Below, piece by piece: positions 1-7,614 of a stretch of 24,000 nucleotides of DNA (position 1 is the stretch's first letter; every line of letters begins with the position of its first letter). The notes beneath the pieces were generated by a model that was not told where the DNA came from, made no database searches, and saw only the letters and a program-made list of their open reading frames with translations. This DNA is from Synechococcus sp. KORDI-49 (lineage in GTDB: Bacteria > Cyanobacteriota > Cyanobacteriia > PCC-6307 > Cyanobiaceae): the NCBI RefSeq assembly GCF_000737575.1, contig NZ_CP006270.1:41163-65162 (forward strand), given 5' to 3'. Position numbers and translations under genes: made by a program.

Positions 1-248
1 TCAACAGGTCTGAGCGCGTCGATGACGAGGATTGCGCTGCCAGCATCACCCCAGCTGCTGCGGCTGCTCCGACAGCAGCAGCCATGGCGACGCGTCCAAA
101 ATCCCCGAGCAAACTGTTGATGACCGTCATCAGGGCTGAGCGTCTTCTTTCACCATCCCTGAGACGTTGGCCCGAAAACATCCCCCGAATGGGTGATTTT
201 TGCCTTGTCCAATCGTGCTTGCCCCGAAGCACGCCTTCCGTGCCCCGT

Positions 249-476
249 TCAGTTGGCGGCAGCTTTCTCCAGGTCCCGGCGGATCAAGGCAAGCAGATAG
301 GACGGGGACTTGTAACGGGTCGGCAGACACCGGTTCAGGGTTTCGAGATGACCCCAACAGACCGTTCTTTCAATGTCTTTCGGTGATTTCCCCTGCTGCA
401 GCAGCCTTCTGAGTGCCTTGCAATACATCGGATATCCCGCCTCAAGCTCCCCGATCGTCAGCTTCGCCTGAGGCAT
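249..476 (-). CDS. hypothetical small protein (75 aa)
   Basis: ATG-initiated ORF. Its composition is protein-like (K/E/L/Y-containing), unlike the R/P/G/S-rich shadow ORFs overlapping it. It is co-directional with ridA and the hypothetical gene upstream, and lies in a patch that looks lower in GC by eye. No family recognised. Confidence 0.35.
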   Translation of the reverse strand: MPQAKLTIGELEAGYPMYCKALRRLLQQGKSPKDIERTVCWGHLETLNRCLPTRYKSPSYLLALIRRDLEKAAAN

Positions 477-518
477 GGGATCCGAATCGGCTGTCTCATC
501 AACCTATGTGGTCACGGG

Positions 519-944
519 TCAGCTGTTCGGACCCAGCCCTGCCAGGTGAAGCACCACCTGGCACTGGTTCTGTTCAGCGAGCTGTTCGATCTGATCAATC
601 GGCCCCTGCAGCCAGCGGGCCACCTGCAGCATGTTGCTGAGCCTGAGGGGCTCTGCTGTGCCGTTGGAGGATCCGCTCATCCTGCTGAGCGTGCTCTGTT
701 CAACCCCCTGTTCCTCCAGCCACTGACGCAGCGGCACGCTCAGTTGCCGGTTGCAGGCTTCGATCCACAGATCCCAGTCCTCAACGTCGTCGGTGAGCGG
801 GATCTGAAGGCTGATCTGCAGGCTTTCACTGGGGTCCAGCAGCGTGACGCTGGCACGCAGTGGCGTCAGCCCCGTGTAGAGCAGTCGCCAGCCGTTGTTC
901 CGCAGGGATTCGGTCGCTTGCTCACGCAAGGCCAGTCGTTCCAT
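519..944 (-). CDS. hypothetical protein (141 aa from first ATG 'MERLALREQ...'; an in-frame GTG at 1001 would give 160 aa)
   Basis: The 256-aa track ORF (519..1289) runs into ridA, so I trimmed it to starts downstream of the ridA stop at 1063. The C-terminal 140 aa have a balanced, acidic, protein-like composition (DDVEDWDLWIEACNRQL...). No family recognised. Confidence 0.5.
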   Translation of the reverse strand: MERLALREQATESLRNNGWRLLYTGLTPLRASVTLLDPSESLQISLQIPLTDDVEDWDLWIEACNRQLSVPLRQWLEEQGVEQSTLSRMSGSSNGTAEPLRLSNMLQVARWLQGPIDQIEQLAEQNQCQVVLHLAGLGPNS

Positions 945-1062
945 CGAACGGCTGGCCAGATTCTCCGGAGGTGCAAAGGCGGGGGTTGAGAGGGTGACCA
1001 CATCTGCCTCAATTGCCGCTGATTCTCTTAAGGGATTTCGCCGCGGAAACGGGTCAGCTCGA

Positions 1063-1470
1063 TCACAGGGTCTGTGAATCCCCACCAAGCCAGGCGATGC
1101 AGTCGATCTCAACCCTGGCTCCCTTCGGGAGCGCCGCCACCTGCACGCAGGCTCTGGCCGGGCTGATCCCTTCACCGAACACCTCGGCGTAAAGGGCGTT
1201 GACAGTCTGGAAATCAGCCAGATCCGCGAGGAACACGGTGGTGCGCACCACCTGGGCCGGTGTGGCTCCGGCTGCCGCGAGCACAGCATTCAGGTTGCGA
1301 AGCACCTGACGGGTTTCAGCCGCCACATCCCCATCTCCCACCATGGCCCCCGTGTCGGGATCGAGGGGGATCTGACCGGAGCAGTAGAGCCATCCTCCGG
1401 CCAGGACGGCCTGGTTGTAGGGCCCGACCGGAGCAGGGGCCGCTGCGGTGGTGATGGCTTGGGCGGTCAT
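1063..1470 (-). CDS. ridA: RidA/YjgF/TdcF-family reactive-intermediate deaminase (135 aa)
   Basis: From the internal ATG (cat at 1468-1470): 'MTAQAITTAAAPAPVGPYNQAVLAGGWLYCSGQIPLDP...ETRQVLRNLNAVLAAAG...VRTTVFLADLADFQTVNALYAEVF...PARACVQVAALPKGARVEIDCIA'. This is the characteristic RidA sequence over its full length. The N-terminal 75 codons of the track ORF are R/S/P-rich and overlap the ABC gene, so I trimmed them. Confidence 0.9.
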   Translation of the reverse strand: MTAQAITTAAAPAPVGPYNQAVLAGGWLYCSGQIPLDPDTGAMVGDGDVAAETRQVLRNLNAVLAAAGATPAQVVRTTVFLADLADFQTVNALYAEVFGEGISPARACVQVAALPKGARVEIDCIAWLGGDSQTL

Positions 1471-1484
1471 GGCCGGATCGCAGA

Positions 1485-2648
1485 ATGAAGGCTGATCATC
1501 GCGTTCTGCTGTTGTCGCCTGCTTCGAGTCCCGTTGAATTGCGCGGTCTCTGGCATCGCTACGGCGATTCGGCGGAGTCCTGGACGTTGAGAGGGGTGGA
1601 TCTGCAGCTCTCCGAAGGGGAGCTGATCGGCCTGCTGGGGCCCTCTGGATGTGGCAAGACCACCCTGCTGCGCCTGATCGCTGGCTTCGAGACACCGTCC
1701 AGAGGCAGCGTGCATCTGCAGAATCGGCCCGTCGCCGGAGAGGGGCGCTGGCTTCCCCCCGAGCGCAGGGGTGTGGGCATGGTCTTTCAGGACTACGCCC
1801 TCTTCCCCCATCTCACCGCCTGGCAGAACGCCTGTTTCGGTCTTCGCCCCGGTCAGGACGACAGCAGGGCCAGTTGGCTTCTGGATCTTCTCGGTCTGGA
1901 GGGTCTGCAGCAGCGTTACCCCCATCAGTTGTCCGGAGGACAGCGCCAGCGCCTCGCCCTGGCGAGGGCCCTCGCCCCGGCTCCGCAGGTGGTGCTTCTC
2001 GACGAACCGTTCTCCAATCTCGATGTGGAGGTGCGTCTGCGGCTTCGCAGTGAGCTCTCCACCGTGCTGCGCCTCTGCGGTGCCAGCGGCCTGCTGGTCA
2101 CCCACGATCCCGGCGAAGCGCTGGCGATCTGCGACCGGGTCGCCGTGATGCGGGATGGCGTTCTGCATCAGTGCGCCAGTCCACGATCCCTGGTGCAGGA
2201 CCCGGCGACACCTTTTGTTGGTCGCTTCGTGCTTCAGGGCAATCTGCTGCCGGTGGATCAGGAGACGGATGGCCGGCTTCGCTGCGATCTCGGCCTGCTC
2301 GAGCCGGTTGACGACATGCCGATCGACCCTCTCCCGGACCGCTCAACGGTGCTGGTGGATCCTGGTGCGATCGCGCTGGAGGTGGACCCGGAGGCCGAAC
2401 CCTGTGTGATGGGGCGTGAGTTTCTGGGTCAGGCCTGGCAGTACCGCATTCAGGCCGGTGACCTGCATCTGCGGCTGAGTGTTCCCCTGGATCAGGATGT
2501 TCCTCGTGGAACGCGATGCCGGCTGACGTTCCGGCCGGAGGCCACAGCCATCCTCTTTCCCCATCGGATCAGGGTGCGCGCCAGTGATCCTTGTGATGAC
2601 GCAACTCAGCGAGCTGTTCCGCGGACTCGGCCTGCAGAAAAAGGTTGA
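1485..2648 (+). CDS. ABC transporter ATP-binding protein (CysA/PotA/FbpC-type importer ATPase with a C-terminal regulatory, TOBE-like extension)
   Basis: Walker [11 protein letters not shown]-loop [11 protein letters not shown], signature [15 protein letters not shown], Walker [14 protein letters not shown]-loop LLVTHD, followed by a ~140-aa C-terminal domain. No permease or binding-protein gene is adjacent. The start could lie a few codons downstream. Confidence 0.9.
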   Translation: MKADHRVLLLSPASSPVELRGLWHRYGDSAESWTLRGVDLQLSEGELIGLLGPSGCGKTTLLRLIAGFETPSRGSVHLQNRPVAGEGRWLPPERRGVGMVFQDYALFPHLTAWQNACFGLRPGQDDSRASWLLDLLGLEGLQQRYPHQLSGGQRQRLALARALAPAPQVVLLDEPFSNLDVEVRLRLRSELSTVLRLCGASGLLVTHDPGEALAICDRVAVMRDGVLHQCASPRSLVQDPATPFVGRFVLQGNLLPVDQETDGRLRCDLGLLEPVDDMPIDPLPDRSTVLVDPGAIALEVDPEAEPCVMGREFLGQAWQYRIQAGDLHLRLSVPLDQDVPRGTRCRLTFRPEATAILFPHRIRVRASDPCDDATQRAVPRTRPAEKG

Positions 2649-3318
2649 TGCGCCGCTCGGCCCCGATCGAGCTCGGCAGGCTCAGCTCTCCCCTCCGGCG
2701 CAGGGCCACCACGTCCCGATAGCGGCTGGCGATCGCTTCATCGTTGGGCCGATGCTGCAAAGCCCAGTGCAGATTCGCTTCCGTGTATTCATGGGCGCAG
2801 CAGACCTTGGTGCGGTCCGGCAGGCCAGCCAGCCGCTGCATCGCCCGGTGCATGTCCGCCGGCGTTCCTTCCATCAGTCGTCCGCACCCAGCTGAGAACA
2901 GGGTGTCCCCGCAGAACAGGACGGGGCCGAGATCCGGGTCCTCCTCTTCAGGCAGCAGGAAGGCGATGTGATTGGCGGTGTGGGCCGCCACATCGAGCAC
3001 CTGCAGCTGGCGCCTGAGCAATGGCACCGCATCCCCGTCCGCAACGGAGATGGTCTGGAAGGGGATCCGTGTCCTGTCAGACGCTGCGGCGATCACATCT
3101 GCCGTCGGCCACCGCTCCAGCAGCGCTGGAGTTCCGCCGATGTGGTCGGCATGGTGATGGGTCTGCAACACCGCCACCAGCGTCAGATCCCTCTGCTCCA
3201 GCCAGACCTGAACGGGTTCGGCCACCGCTGGATCCACCACCACGGCGTTCCCGTCGCGCTCCCAGATCCAGATGATGTTGTCCTGCAGCACCGGCAGGGC
3301 ATGAAGCGCGGAACGCAT
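2569..3318 (-). CDS. gloB: hydroxyacylglutathione hydrolase (glyoxalase II), 249 aa
   Basis: From the internal ATG (cat at 3316-3318): '[20 protein letters not shown]...'. Metallo-beta-lactamase motif [10 protein letters not shown]; [12 protein letters not shown]; [14 protein letters not shown]; C-terminal [11 protein letters not shown], typical of GloB. The upstream 68 codons of the track ORF are discarded. Confidence 0.9.
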   Translation of the reverse strand: MRSALHALPVLQDNIIWIWERDGNAVVVDPAVAEPVQVWLEQRDLTLVAVLQTHHHADHIGGTPALLERWPTADVIAAASDRTRIPFQTISVADGDAVPLLRRQLQVLDVAAHTANHIAFLLPEEEDPDLGPVLFCGDTLFSAGCGRLMEGTPADMHRAMQRLAGLPDRTKVCCAHEYTEANLHWALQHRPNDEAIASRYRDVVALRRRGELSLPSSIGAERRINLFLQAESAEQLAELRHHKDHWRAP

Positions 3319-3349
3319 CGTTAAAGTCCAGCCTTGTATCCCGGCCCCC

Positions 3350-4000
3350 ATGATCACCGTCGCACTGGCCAAGGGGGCGCTGCTCAAGGATTCGGTGACC
3401 CGATTCGCGGCGGCCGGGCTCGATTTCTCCGCTGTTCTCGACAAGAACAATCGCCAGTTGATGTTGCCCACCCCCTGCGGTCGGGCCCGCGCCCTGCTAG
3501 TGCGCAATGGAGATGTTCCCACCTACGTGGCCTATGGCCAGGCCCAGCTCGGTGTGGTGGGGTACGACGTTCTTCGGGAGCACCAGCTCCCCGTCGCCCA
3601 GCTGGTGGACCTCGGTTTCGGCGGCTGCCGCATGGCGGTGGCGGTGAAGGCCAGCAGCGGTTACACCCGTGCCGCCGACCTGCCCCCCCACTGCCGTGTC
3701 GCCAGCAAGTTCACCCACTGTGCCCGGGCGTTCTTCGATGCTCTCGACCTGCCTGTGGAGCTGGTGCATCTGAACGGTTCCGTCGAACTCGGCCCGATCA
3801 CCGGCATGTCGGAGGCGATCGTTGATCTGGTGGCCACCGGCCGCACCCTGCGGGACAACGGGCTGGTGGCGATCGAGGATCTGTTCCAGTCCACCGCCCG
3901 CCTGGTGGGCCATCCCCTGTCCCTGCGCCTCGACACGGGCGAACTGGGAGCCATTGTTGACGCCATGCGCCTTGCGCAACCGGTCGGAGCCATGGCCTGA
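3350..4000 (+). CDS. hisG: ATP phosphoribosyltransferase, short form (216 aa)
   Basis: '[15 protein letters not shown]...[27 protein letters not shown]...[15 protein letters not shown]...[28 protein letters not shown]' matches HisG along its whole length. The length fits the HisZ-dependent short form. Confidence 0.92.
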   Translation: MITVALAKGALLKDSVTRFAAAGLDFSAVLDKNNRQLMLPTPCGRARALLVRNGDVPTYVAYGQAQLGVVGYDVLREHQLPVAQLVDLGFGGCRMAVAVKASSGYTRAADLPPHCRVASKFTHCARAFFDALDLPVELVHLNGSVELGPITGMSEAIVDLVATGRTLRDNGLVAIEDLFQSTARLVGHPLSLRLDTGELGAIVDAMRLAQPVGAMA

Positions 4001-5778
4001 TGAATGTCATCGGGGACTGGCAGCGGGTTCGCCGCCTCGGGCGATACCTGGCTCATGACCGGCGCCGACTGGTGCTCACCGTGCTGCTGCTGCTGCCCGT
4101 CGCTCTGGCGGGGTCGATCCAGCCTCTGCTGGTCGGCCAGGCGATCAGTGTGCTTCGCGGCGAAGCGAGCCTGCCGTGGCTCGCGGATCGCTCCACCCAG
4201 GAGGCGATGCGGATCATCGTCGGGCTGCTGCTCTGCGCTGTGCTGCTGCGTCTGGGGCTGCTGGGGCTGCAGACCTTCAACATCCAGGCGGTTGGGCAGC
4301 GTCTCACCGCCCGCATCCGAGACGATCTGTTCAAGCACGCGCTGGCGCTGTCGCTGCGGTTTCACGACTCCATGCAGGTGGGCAAGTTGCTCACCCGACT
4401 CACCAGTGATGTGGATGCCCTCGCCGAGGTGTTCGGCAGCGGTGCCGTCGGCGTGCTCGGCGATCTGGTCAGTCTTGTGGTCATCGCCGTCTCGATGCTG
4501 CTGATCGAATGGCGCATCGGTCTGCTGTTGCTGGTCACCCAGATTCCCGTGACCATGGTGGTTCTCTGGCTGCAGGGCCGCTACCGCGTGGCCAACTACA
4601 GCGAAAGGGAAGAGCTTTCCAAACTCAATGCCGACTTCCAGGAGAACCTGCAGGGTCTGGAGGTGGTGCAGATGTTCCGCCGCGAGGAGGTCAACAGCCG
4701 GCGCTTCCTGAAAACGGGTCTTGCCTACCGCCGTGCCGTCAACGGCACCATTTTCTTCGACAGCAGCATCTCCGCCTTCCTGGAATGGGTGGCGCTCGGA
4801 GCGGTGGCCTTCGTCCTGGCGCTCGGCGGCTGGATGGTCACCGACGGAGCGATGGGTCTGGGCATCCTCACCACCTTCATCCTCTACTCCCAGCGACTGT
4901 TCGATCCCCTGCGGCAGCTGGCGGAACGATTCACGCAGATCCAGCGCGGCCTGACGGCCGTGGAGCGCATCGGTGAACTGATGGAGGAGCCCCTCGAGAT
5001 CCTGGAGGCCAGAGACGCGCGCCCGCTCAACGGCAGCGGCATCGGAGAGGTGATCTTCGAGGACGTCTGCTTCGGTTACAGGCCGGATGAGCCGATCCTT
5101 CACCATCTCTCCTTCCGGATCGCTCCCGGCGAACACGTGGCCCTGGTGGGACCCACCGGCTCCGGTAAGACCACCGTGATCCGTCTGCTCTGCCGTCTCT
5201 ATGAGCCGCAGCGGGGACGCATCCTTCTTGATGGTCGCGACATCCGCAGCATCCCGATCGCCGATCTGCGGCGGCAGCTGGGGGTGGTGCTGCAGGACAC
5301 CTTTCTGTTCAGCGGCAACGTCGCCGACAATCTGAGGCTCAATGCCGACATCAGCGACGGGGAGCTGCAGGGGATCTGCCGCGACCTCGGCCTTGATCCC
5401 CTCTTCGCCCGTCTGCCCCAGGGTCTGCAGACTCCGCTGCGGGAACGGGGCGGCAATCTCTCCTCCGGAGAGCGCCAGCTGCTGGCGGTCGCCCGGGTGG
5501 CGATCCGCAACCCCACCGTGCTGGTGATGGATGAAGCCACCGCTTTCATGGATCCAGCGACGGAAGCCACGTTGCAGCGGGATCTCGACCGCCTGCTGCA
5601 GAGACGCACCGCCGTGGTGATCGCTCACCGGCTGGCGACAGTGGAGGCTTCCGACCGCATCCTGGTGTTGCGCCGGGGTGAGCTGATCGAGCAGGGCACC
5701 CACCTTGAGCTGCGCGCTCGCGGGGGCCTCTACGCCCAGCTGGCGGATCTGCAGGAGCGGGGGTTGGCCAGACTGTGA
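4000..5778 (+). CDS. ABC exporter, fused permease/ATPase (MsbA/MdlB-like), 592 aa
   Basis: N-terminal six-helix ABC membrane domain followed by Walker A GPTGSGKTT, signature LSSGERQLLAVARV, Walker B VLVMDEATAFMD and H-loop VIAHRL. The ATG at 4000 shares one nucleotide with the hisG TGA (TGATG). Confidence 0.9.
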   Translation: MNVIGDWQRVRRLGRYLAHDRRRLVLTVLLLLPVALAGSIQPLLVGQAISVLRGEASLPWLADRSTQEAMRIIVGLLLCAVLLRLGLLGLQTFNIQAVGQRLTARIRDDLFKHALALSLRFHDSMQVGKLLTRLTSDVDALAEVFGSGAVGVLGDLVSLVVIAVSMLLIEWRIGLLLLVTQIPVTMVVLWLQGRYRVANYSEREELSKLNADFQENLQGLEVVQMFRREEVNSRRFLKTGLAYRRAVNGTIFFDSSISAFLEWVALGAVAFVLALGGWMVTDGAMGLGILTTFILYSQRLFDPLRQLAERFTQIQRGLTAVERIGELMEEPLEILEARDARPLNGSGIGEVIFEDVCFGYRPDEPILHHLSFRIAPGEHVALVGPTGSGKTTVIRLLCRLYEPQRGRILLDGRDIRSIPIADLRRQLGVVLQDTFLFSGNVADNLRLNADISDGELQGICRDLGLDPLFARLPQGLQTPLRERGGNLSSGERQLLAVARVAIRNPTVLVMDEATAFMDPATEATLQRDLDRLLQRRTAVVIAHRLATVEASDRILVLRRGELIEQGTHLELRARGGLYAQLADLQERGLARL

Positions 5779-6281
5779 TGATGCAGTCCCTACCGATGCC
5801 GACGGAAGAGCTGCTGCAGCAGTACGGCGCTGATGCCCGCCTCTGCCCGTGTGCCAACGACCAGCTCACCCTGGTGTTCAGTCAGACGCATTCCTTCGAT
5901 CTGGTCGAACTGGAGCAGCTGCTGGAGGCGGTCGGCTGGAGTCGCCGTCCGGTGCGGCGGGTCCGCAAGGCACTGGCCAACAGCCTCCTGAAGGTGGGGC
6001 TCTGGCGTCATGACCCGCGCATTCCACGCCTGGTGGGTTTCGCCCGCTGCACCGGCGATGGTGTGTTCGAAGCCACCGTGTGGGACGTGGCCGTGCATCC
6101 GCTGTATCAGGGAAGCGGCCTTGGCCGTCAGATGATGGCCTATGTGCTGGAGGCGCTCGAGCAGATGGGCACCGAAAGGGTCAGTCTGTTCGCGGATCCC
6201 GGTGTGGTGTCCTTCTATCAGCGCCAGGGCTGGGAACTGGAGCCCCAGCAGCATCGCTGTGCCTTCTGGTACGCCAGCTGA
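5775..6281 (+). CDS. GNAT-family N-acetyltransferase (~166-168 aa)
   Basis: Acetyl-CoA binding motif 'VAVHPLYQGSGLGRQMMAYVLEAL' and C-terminal 'FYQRQGW'. Candidate starts are GTG 5775, ATG 5778 and ATG 5781, which overlap or abut the exporter stop codon (5776-5778). Confidence 0.8.
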   Translation: MMMQSLPMPTEELLQQYGADARLCPCANDQLTLVFSQTHSFDLVELEQLLEAVGWSRRPVRRVRKALANSLLKVGLWRHDPRIPRLVGFARCTGDGVFEATVWDVAVHPLYQGSGLGRQMMAYVLEALEQMGTERVSLFADPGVVSFYQRQGWELEPQQHRCAFWYAS

Positions 6282-6293
6282 GACAGGCTCAGC
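6277..6293. terminator. short hairpin GCTGAG-ACAGG-CTCAGC between the convergent GNAT and GT2 genes; both stop codons lie inside it
   Basis: 6-bp inverted repeat read directly from the sequence. The + strand TGA (6279-6281) and the - strand TGA (tca at 6289-6291) are inside the arms. No U-tract follows, so any terminator function is speculative. Confidence 0.2.
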
Positions 6294-6975
6294 GTCTGTA
6301 ATCCCGAGCCAGGCCGTCTGCTGGTGCGCCCCGGGCCCAGCGACGCCTCAGCAGAGCGTTACGCCAGGCCAGGTGCAGCACCCCCTGTCGTCGCCAGCGA
6401 CGGCCGCTCGTGATCAGGGGGTGACCGATCCGCCGGAGCCGGGTTTGAGCGCCGAGGCGCTGGACAAGGTCAAGATCCTCCATCAGAGGAATCGGCCGAT
6501 ATCCCCCCACAGCGGAGTAGAGCCTGCGGTGGATCAGGAGCCCCTGATCGCCGTAGGGGCGTTGCCGCCAGCGACTGCGCCAGGCCACGGCCGCCTCCAG
6601 CAGACGCAGCATCGGGCGCTGTTCCGAGACCCTGAAATCGAAGTACCAGGCCTGTCTCTCCGCGTCAGGACGTTCCAGCACCGCTGTGACGGCGTCGACC
6701 CAGCCCATGGGCAGACGGCTGTCGGCATGCAGCACCAGCAGCCAGGGTCCGTGCGCCTGGGCGGCCCCCCAGCGCAGTTGCTGCCCGCGGCCAGCGACAG
6801 GGCTTCGCAGCAGGCCGGCCCCGCCGATGCGGGTCACCGCAGCCGTGGCATCGCCACTGCCCCCATCCACCACAAGAATCTCCAGATCCCCCGGCCATGT
6901 GGCCAGATCCGCGAGCAGCAGTGGGAGGGTGCCGGCTTCGTTGAGGGCCGGAATCACCACGCTCAGCCCAGCCAA
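6289..6975 (-). CDS. family-2 glycosyltransferase, the type that pairs with DUF2064 proteins (228 aa)
   Basis: 'LSVVIPALNEAGTLPLLLADL...EILVVDGGSGDAT...GRGQQLRWGAAQAHGPWLLVLHADSRLP' is a GT-A/GT2 fold with a DxD-like DGG/HAD pattern. The start overlaps the upstream DUF2064 gene by 13 nt. Confidence 0.85.
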   Translation of the reverse strand: MAGLSVVIPALNEAGTLPLLLADLATWPGDLEILVVDGGSGDATAAVTRIGGAGLLRSPVAGRGQQLRWGAAQAHGPWLLVLHADSRLPMGWVDAVTAVLERPDAERQAWYFDFRVSEQRPMLRLLEAAVAWRSRWRQRPYGDQGLLIHRRLYSAVGGYRPIPLMEDLDLVQRLGAQTRLRRIGHPLITSGRRWRRQGVLHLAWRNALLRRRWARGAPADGLARDYRR

Positions 6976-7613
6976 GGCCGCAGATCCGTCAGCTGATCGA
7001 GGTCGTTGCGTTCCCCCAGCAGCATCGTGCTGACTCCGCGATCGGCCGCCTGCGCCAGCGTGCTGGCGAGCACCCGTTCCCCGCCCCAGGGGATGCCGCT
7101 CAGCGGCCAGAGCGCCGGTTGCCTCAGCAGCTCCCGGGACAGCCCGATCAGCCAGTAACCGCCGTCCTCCGCCGGCCCCAGCACCAGGTCGCTGCGTTGG
7201 AGCATCTCGATGGCCGCCAGCAGGTCACGGCGGTTCAGCCACGGCAGATCCGTTCCGATCACGAGGGTCGGACCGTCGGTTCGGCGGGACAGCAGCAGCT
7301 GCCGTCGCAGCCGCGTGCCCAGCCCTCCGCCTCCCTGAAGCCGGACGGAGCCGACGCCGAGGCTGCCAGCCCAACGCCTTGCTGCGCCAGGCCCTGTTCC
7401 ACTCACCGCCAGCACAACATCCAGTTGCCCGTCCTGTTGCAGCCGCTTCGCCACGGCCAGGGTGTGTCCGGTCAGCCGTCGCTGAATGTGCGCTGCCCGT
7501 TCGGCGGCAACGGGGTGCTGCAGCACCTGGCTGAGATCGTGCGCCAGGCGACGTTTGCAGCGTCCTGCCGCGGGCCAACGGGCCATCACCACAAGCGCGG
7601 CTCCTGGCGGCAT
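6963..7613 (-). CDS. DUF2064-family (GT-A-like/nucleotidyltransferase-like) protein, 216 aa
   Basis: From the internal ATG (cat at 7611-7613): 'MPPGAALVVMARWPAAGRCKRRLA...' matches the DUF2064 N-terminal K/R-x-P-x-x-G-x-x-K-x-R-L motif; 'DLVLGPAEDGGYWLIGL' is also typical. The start lies 1 nt after the HtrA stop. Confidence 0.8.
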   Translation of the reverse strand: MPPGAALVVMARWPAAGRCKRRLAHDLSQVLQHPVAAERAAHIQRRLTGHTLAVAKRLQQDGQLDVVLAVSGTGPGAARRWAGSLGVGSVRLQGGGGLGTRLRRQLLLSRRTDGPTLVIGTDLPWLNRRDLLAAIEMLQRSDLVLGPAEDGGYWLIGLSRELLRQPALWPLSGIPWGGERVLASTLAQAADRGVSTMLLGERNDLDQLTDLRPWLG

Positions 7614-7614
7614 C

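Noticed and set aside
1-386. Plus-strand frame open from the window edge to 386 (includes track ORF 84..386), and a minus-strand ATG at 85-83 running off the left edge
   Set aside because: The plus-strand translation is R/S/P-rich and overlaps the more protein-like minus-strand 75-aa ORF. The minus-strand fragment is only 28 codons (Ala-rich), too little to support a feature. It is mentioned only in a finding.
249-476. Possibility that the 75-aa ORF is a tyrosine-recombinase C-terminal fragment ('LLQQGKSPKDIERTVCWGH...TRY' versus 'LLxxGxxxxxIxxxLGH...Y')
   Set aside because: Spacing between the G, GH and Y positions is off by 2-3 residues, the R/H-x-x-R catalytic residues are not evident, and no tRNA or att-like repeat is nearby. 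The resemblance is too weak to call a mobile-element remnant.
1467-2168. 233-aa (-) ORF and other ORFs antisense to the ABC ATPase; also the N-terminal extensions of the track ORFs for ridA (to 1695), gloB (to 3522), DUF2064 (to 7652), ParB-like (to 11018), gor (from 12456) and DUF2231-B (to 21809)
   Set aside because: The extensions are R/S/P/G-rich, overlap neighbouring genes, and precede internal starts at which family-typical N-termini begin. I trimmed them to those internal starts.
3661-5703. 680-aa ORF on the minus strand, the longest ORF in the track
   Set aside because: It is exactly antisense to the well-supported ABC exporter (Walker/signature motifs on the + strand). Its translation is R/G/Q/H/D/A-rich and low in complexity with no motif. 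This is a typical high-GC shadow ORF.
6142-6996. 284-aa (+) ORF
   Set aside because: It is antisense to the GT2 gene, with a low-complexity P/A/G/Q/S-rich translation.
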